Assembly: GCA_964016885.1 (NCBI GenBank) | Contig: OZ024743.1 | Coordinates: 71,486,001-71,550,000 of the forward strand | Length of the DNA stretch: 64,000 nt | Source of the DNA: Eledone cirrhosa | Lineage: Eukaryota | Direction: 5' to 3' | In this document: in pieces, positions 57,598 through 64,000 of the stretch | How positions within the stretch are numbered: position 1 is the stretch's first letter | Layout of the letters: every line of letters starts with the position of its first letter | The notes under the pieces: generated by a model | Databases searched by the model: none | The model's input: only the letters and a program-made list of their open reading frames with translations | Told to the model about the DNA's origin: nothing | Position numbers and translations under genes: made by a program

Positions 57598-57749
57598 CAA
57601 GGTGTAATTCCATATATGGAACAACAGCATTCAGAAATGCCTTTATTATCGCATGCCCATATATGGAATTACCTCTTGAAGATTTCGGCTATATCAGCAC
57701 CACGCTAAAAATTTCATTTGAGCTCTGCCGTCGGTGTCTTGACTCTTTT

Positions 57750-57837
<88 letters not shown>

Positions 57838-57985
57838 CGTACATACATACATATGGTAGACACGGATGCAATTCAATTCAAACACTGAACGGCATGTTAC
57901 TTCTTCAAAATAAGAAGGAGAGACCATATTTAGAATGAGGAAAATCGAAGTTGTAGATGTTAAAGAGACTTTTATATTAATATGG

Positions 57986-58040
57986 CCGTGATACATATTT
58001 CACTTGGTTATTCAACAAATATCGTGATTTCATCAGACAG
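57986..58040 (-). ncRNA. Hammerhead motif (family of 7227-7278)
   Basis: Minus strand: ctgt CTGATGA aatcac..gt GAAA t atgt ATC acgg. Confidence 0.75.
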
Positions 58041-58186
58041 CACCATAGAGTAAAAGGTTATGTTTCCGCGTCAATCAGAGATGTAAGGGAGCGGACTAAA
58101 ATATTCATTATGTTCTTCCTGGAGTTTCCGCTCCCTTGTATATATATATATATATATATGCTTTCGTGGGTTTTATACCGAATAAT

Positions 58187-58373
58187 AATTGTTTATACTT
58201 TTGGCACAAGGCCCGCAATTATCTCAGTGCATTACTGGTACTTTATTTTATCGACCACGTAAGGATGAAAGGCAAAGTTAACCTCGGCAGGATTTGAACT
58301 CAGACCGCAAAGGGACATAAATATGCTTCAAAGTATGGCGCCCGACCCTCTACCGATACTGCGAATTCACCGC
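58187..58373 (-). mobile_element. SINE A, full length
   Basis: Consensus match; TSD tttataccgaataataat on both sides. Confidence 0.9.
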
Positions 58374-58580
58374 CAATCATATTTATACCGAATAATAATA
58401 ATATAACATTATTATTATTATTCGGTATTAGGATTAGTGCTGGTTGGCGTTCATCAGAGCCACGTACTACCCTAATTTTTGCTGGACCGACAATCGCTCT
58501 GTATAATCAGCTCCTGGTTATTACTGGAATTCTATAAGAATCCAGATTCTATAATTTTCGGCGAAAGCAGGCGAGTACGT

Positions 58581-58621
58581 GGCTCTGATGAACGCCAACA
58601 AGCGTGAAACAGACTGTCTGC
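58581..58621 (+). ncRNA. Hammerhead motif with partial inverted copy at 58443-58468
   Basis: ggct CTGATGA acgc-caacaa-gcgt GAAA cag-a-ctG TC tgc. The 1-nt loop III implies dimeric folding; stem I has a mismatch. Confidence 0.72.
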
Positions 58622-59471
58622 TTCTCTCCCTTCTTTCGCCGAAAAGAAGTAAGTGACATAGCCATTACTTTAAAACTGATAGCTTATGGTCTTCTAAATG
58701 TTTTTTAATTAAAGCTACGATATATTGCCAAATATACTATACATACATTCATATATATAATATATATATACACGCGCATATACACTCTTGGATATTGAGT
58801 ATTTCTTCTATTTCTCTATAAATGATGACGTACTTATATATATATATTTCAAAGTAAGATGTAGAGAGAGAAAGAGAGAGAGAGAGAGAGAGGGAGAGAG
58901 CAAGGGTGAGAGAGAGTGAGGGAGGGAGATAGAGAGAGAAGTAGAGCGAGTGAGAGGGAAAGAGAGAGAGAGAGAGAGAGTGGGCAGTAGAGGAGGAGTT
59001 AGAGAGAAGGTGTGGTAAAGGGGAGAGAGAGCTAGAGCGCGCGCGAGAGAGAGAGTGAGAGAGAGGAAGAGAGAGAGAATTGGGATCGTATCAACTGATA
59101 TCAGATAACTATAATCCATAACAAAGAGAGGTCATATGTAGATAACCTGAATGACTGATTTGATAGAATAAGTTAGATTGATATAATAGACTTCGTTAGC
59201 CTCTGCCATCTTTCCAATGATATTGTAAATGTCTGTCATGTACTGAGATGCTTCATTAAGACCAAATGTAATTAAAGATGCGCTTAAATCTATAATTTCG
59301 CTCATATATTTGACAAGATGTTATCAAATCCACAGTAAACTATTATCCTTTTATATATATATATATATATATATGTATATAAGCAAAAGGGATATTCAAT
59401 TTGTTGGTAATTCAACAAATATAAATGTTTACAACTTGATTCAAAGCACTCGACAAGGTTTCTGGAGTGTA

Positions 59472-59978
59472 ATATTCAATGATATTAAACAAATGGAAAT
59501 ATTTATAAAACCATATTTATTCTATTATAGAGGGTCGGACGCCATGCTTTGACGTATAGAGTTACGGCTCTTGCCATTCTGAGTTCAAATTCCGCCGAGG
59601 TTAACTTTGCCTTTCATCCTTACGGGGTCGATAAAATAAAGTACCAGTAATGCACTGGATAATTGCTGGCCTTGTGCCTAACGTAGAAACAATTATATAT
59701 ATTTCAAGGGTACCAAAACTTTGGTACGCACTCATCAGATAAAATACAAAGTTTCTTTTAACCAGGAAATAATAACTTAACAGTTCAAGTTTTTGCTGGA
59801 TAGTCCAGGAAAACTTGAACTGTTAAGTTATTCTTTCTTGGTTATGTCAATATTTATAAAACAAACTTTGTATTTTAACTGATGAGAGCGTACCAAAGTT
59901 TTGGTACCCTTGAAATATATATAACAGAATAAATATGGTTTTATAAATATAGTTTCCATTTATTTAAAATCTACTATC

Positions 59979-59985
<7 letters not shown>
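59472..59985. mobile_element. Fold-back PLE-type element with two divergent hammerheads (minus ~59693-59745, plus 59874-59928); left arm interrupted by a SINE
   Basis: Arms are reverse complements around ctggatagtccag (~59796-59808). Both read CTGATGA g..gtaccaaa..tttggtac cctt GAAA tatat ATA. Confidence 0.85.
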
Positions 59986-60026
<41 letters not shown>

Positions 60027-60077
60027 CACACAGACATGTATATACATTTATATATATATTATACATATACATATGCA

Positions 60078-60228
<151 letters not shown>

Positions 60229-60339
60229 ATGTGTGGGTATGTGTGTGTGAATACATGCACACACATTTACATACATAAGCACACATACAGAAACAGCCAT
60301 GCACACACAAACACATTTATTTCTGATGATTTCCTCACT

Positions 60340-60550
60340 TTACGCCCAGCCCCCTTGAATACTGTTGTCCACTATGGTCTCCCCACAAAGCATTATGATT
60401 ATTGAAGCATCTCAAAGGTCAATCACAAAAAACATAGACGGCATGACAGGCCTTGACTATTGGGGTCGACTAGAAAAGCTTAAATCCTATTTTCGCCAAC
60501 GCCGCCGCGAGCACAACGTTATCTGCATGTAGAAAATATTCTCTCAACAT
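60340..60550 (+). mobile_element. CR1-type LINE RT C-terminal fragment
   Basis: [40 protein letters not shown]. Confidence 0.8.
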
Positions 60551-61994
60551 TGCCGAGATAAACACTAGCCCGATGATCTTCCGAGCTCGAGATAGACTTT
60601 AGACTTTAGATGTATATGTGTATATGTATATATATGTATATATGCATATGTATATATCTAGATCTAATAAATCATCAGCTTCTTCTTGATTGATTTTGTT
60701 ATTGGGGATATTGGTTACAAGAAAAGGACTGAGCTATTAATTATTCACCATCTAGTTATCTGCAACTTGCGACTATCTAAGCCAAAGAAGCTCACAAAGC
60801 TTGCATGTCTAGAGCAATCCACACGTTAAAGTTGGTGGATAAGGAAGTCCGGACCAGGTATGCAAATAATATTGCATCCAAAGTCAGAGACTTTTCTGGG
60901 CAAACTCATCAGTGTCTGCTTCAGCTGTTAAAGTTGGTTGATGTGGCGCTGTATGACAGGAGGTTCCCTTGGTTCAATCAAAAAGTAAAGATGTAATTCG
61001 AGCAAAGAATGAGGCTTACAAAGCTTGGCTTGGAACTAAGTCATTCTTCTTGTAATTGCGGTAGAAACATACACGAATAATCATAGCAGATATAATAATC
61101 GTAGAAGTTATCCAAAGTTAATACATCAGCCATTTTAAGGATAGACATTGAATGCAATTTGATTAAACAATGAATGAGAGGAATGTTTCACCTCAAATTT
61201 TTATTTTATTTTATTATGTTTCAAAATAACGATAAGAAAGTTGTTGGAATGTTACCAAGGAGGTACTTAATAATTTCTTAAACATTTTGAGGTTATGTTT
61301 CCCTTGTCAGAAGTAGAGTTATGGAAACTATCTCCGAACACTATAACCCCGTGTTGTTTTTATTCTAGCATCGGATTAACACTGAATTTCTTTTCTATTT
61401 CATAAGCTTTTCTACTTGTAATGTTATCTAGTGTTAGATCGAACTCGCACATAAGTGACTTAAATTATTGAAAATATTTTTATTCTTATATTTAGTGTAG
61501 ATCTAAAGTTTAAATGGATGGAGAATTTCTGGATTAAAAATAAAATCAATACCAACGTTACTATTATCTTGCATACGAATCGATAGACAGATTAATAAAT
61601 GATATATGAAAATTGTTATTTTATGCTTGGAAGTAATATCTTTCAAATGTGGGATTGTTTTTTTATATCTAATGCAAGGGTGCATTATCTCATAGCAGTA
61701 AAAGTTATTAGCTTCAAACAGTAAATATGTCATTTTAAAGTATAGGCTTTAAATGTATGGTTAAATTACATCGGTAAAAGAAAAATATAGTTGGGCAAAA
61801 TTATTTTCCTTTTTTCTCAACAAAAAATATTATTGTTACTTACACACATATATGTAAGTTTTATGTATTCAGGCAAATTTTATTAATTTTCATGTAAATA
61901 TACGTGAGGCAGTTACACACATAAAGAACAACCAAACTAATATTAATATTGATTTCATAGTAATAGAGGCCTAAAGATTCGTTGGAAAATATAT

Positions 61995-62440
61995 GTTGTT
62001 GTTGTTGTTGTTGTTGTTCTACTTCTTCTTCTTCCTGAGAAGATCATGGGAACAGAGTCCTCAAACACTCTTTCCAGCAGGTCCTGCCAGACGCAACCGA
62101 CTCTACTTAACCCTTTAGCATTTAAACCGGCCATATCCGGCCAGAATTCTCTCACTTCTTTCTGTTCAAACCGGCTATAACAGGCCATTCATACTTATGT
62201 TAAGGTATTTTTCTCAAAATATATAATATCAAAATCTCATAAATTCGATATTATGTGAAATAAATATAAGATAAAGCCTTTACTGTGAAACTATAATAGT
62301 AAATTTAGAGTAATGTAAATACTAAAGGGTTAATCTAGCTGGATCCCCAAATAAGACTAGCCGTGGCCATGGATGTTATCTGACTACTTTACTCGGTGTC
62401 TACACCTCGGTCACCCACCGATTGGTTTTACCCTTAACTA
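61995..62440 (-). mobile_element. RTE LINE 3' end interrupted by a piggyBac-type MITE
   Basis: Homology to 50590-50750 on both sides of 62107-62333. Confidence 0.75.
62111..62329. mobile_element. piggyBac-type MITE
   Basis: TTAA|CCCTTTAGCATTTA ... TAAATACTAAAGGG|TTAA: 14-bp TIR with one mismatch and a TTAA TSD. Confidence 0.88.
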
Positions 62441-62501
62441 TGCGTTGTGCACTTCAAATTTTAAGTTTAATTACCCACTGTGTTTATTATGATACACCAA
62501 A

Positions 62502-63660
62502 GGGCGGTGGATTGGCAGTATCTGTAGAGGGTCGGACCCCATGCTAGGGCGGTGGATTGGCAGTATCAGTAGAGGGTCGGACCCCATGCTAGGGCGGTGG
62601 ATTAGCAGTATCAGTAGAGGGTCGGACCCCATGCTAGGGCGGTGGATTAGCAGTATCTGTAGAGGGTCGGACACCATGCTAGGGCGGTGGATTGGCAGTA
62701 TCGGTAGAGGGTAGGACCCCATGCTAGGGCGGTGGATTGGCAGTATCAGTAGAGGGTCGGACACCATGCTAGGGCGGTGGATTGGCAGTATCGGTAGAGG
62801 GTAGGACACCATGCTAGGGCGGTGGATTAGCAGTATCTGTAGAGGGTCGGACACCATGCTAGGGCGGTGGATTGGCAGTATCGGTAGAGGGTCGAACACC
62901 ATGCTAGGGCGGTGATTGGCAGTATCGGTAGAGGGTAGGACACCATGCTAGGGCGGTGGATTGGCAGTATCGGTAGAGGGTCGAACACCATGCTAGGGCG
63001 GTGGATTGGCAGTATCGGTAGAGGGTAGGACACCATGCTAGGGCGGTGGATTGGCAGTATCGGTAGAGGGTCGGACACCATGCTAGGGCGGTGGATTGGC
63101 AGTATCGATAGAGGGTCGAACACCATGCTAGGGCGGTGGATTGGCAGTATCTGTAGAGGGTAGGACACCATGCTAGGGCGGTGGATTGGCAGTATCGGTA
63201 GAGGGTAGGACACCATGCTAGGGCGGTGGATTGGCAGTATCGGTAGAGGGTCGGACACCATGCTAGGGCGGTGGATTGGCAGTATCTGTAGAGGGTCGAA
63301 CACCATGCTAGGGCGGTTGATTGGCAATATCGGTAGAGGGTCGGACACCATGCTAGGGCGGTGGATTGGCAGTATCGGTAGAGGGTCGGACACCATGCTA
63401 GGGCGGTTGATTGGCAATATCGGTAGAGGGTCGGACGCCATGCTAGGGCGGTGGATTAGCAGTATCGTTAGAGGGTCGGACACCATGCTTTGCAGCATAG
63501 AGTTACGGCTCTTTATGATCTGAGTTCAAATCCCGCCGAGGTTAACTTTGCCTTTCATCCTTATGGGGTCGATAAAATAAAGTACCAGTCAAGCACTTGG
63601 GTCGATTTAATCGACCCCCCCCCCCCCCCCCCCCCCCTTGTGCCTATATAAGAAACCACT
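62502..63660 (+). repeat. Tandem array of ~22 copies of the 45-bp SINE 5' head, ending in one full-length SINE (63446-63660)
   Basis: Unit gggcggtggattggcagtatcggtagagggtcggacaccatgcta. The last unit runs on into B-box GAGTTCAAATCC (63522) and the SINE body. Candidate TSD attatgatacacca at 62486-62499 and 63678-63691. Confidence 0.95.
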
Positions 63661-64000
63661 ATGATAGACCAATGTAAATTATGATACACCAGCGAAATCG
63701 GCAGCTTCTTAGCTTTTCCAAGTTAGAAATATGGTAGAAAATAAACCTCCAGTTAAAATTCCTAAGTCAAATTCAAGTCAAAATTTAAACAACCTGTAAT
63801 GTCTCAAATATGTAAAAAGAAATATCAAACCGTTCAACACACATTCTCTTCTTTATCAGATAATCTTTCCTTTATGTTAACATATTCTTTAGAAATCTAT
63901 GCATTCGGATAAACTGTTTAGCGGTATTCATTCCGGTTCTCTGCTCTCTTAGTTGAAATCCCGCCGAGGTCAACTTTGCCTTTTATCAATTCGGGGTCGA

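Noticed and set aside
62502-63490. CRISPR-like regular array and the 143/223-aa repeat ORFs over it
   Set aside because: Units are contiguous with no unique spacers, match the SINE 5' head, and there are no cas genes. The ORFs merely reflect a 45-bp period.

Overview
AT-rich, repeat-saturated eukaryotic DNA, most likely from an octopod cephalopod, judged from the tRNA-derived SINE families and the extreme (TA)n/(CA)n density. Almost all long ORFs in the supplied track are microsatellite artefacts. The only convincing host coding sequence is three in-phase + strand exons (46736-46917, 48159-48212, 49236-49484). They encode part of the amino-terminal domain of an ionotropic glutamate-receptor-like protein. 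The rest is more than 30 SINE copies, RTE/CR1/Vingi/CRE LINE fragments, an internally deleted mariner, piggyBac- and hAT-like MITEs, and three Penelope-like element (PLE) coding fragments. The most striking signal is not in the ORF track: about 20 minimal type I hammerhead-ribozyme motifs (CUGANGA...GAAA...NUH, most with a palindromic stem III, many followed by AATAAA) from over a dozen unrelated short elements inserted in (TA)n tracts. Several are fold-backs with two oppositely oriented hammerheads. One is a terminally redundant ~421-bp retrozyme-like unit. Three carry a compensatory U3:A8 core. A SINE whose 45-bp A-box head has been amplified ~22 times closes the window. All calls were made by eye with no database search or folding program, and element boundaries are approximate.
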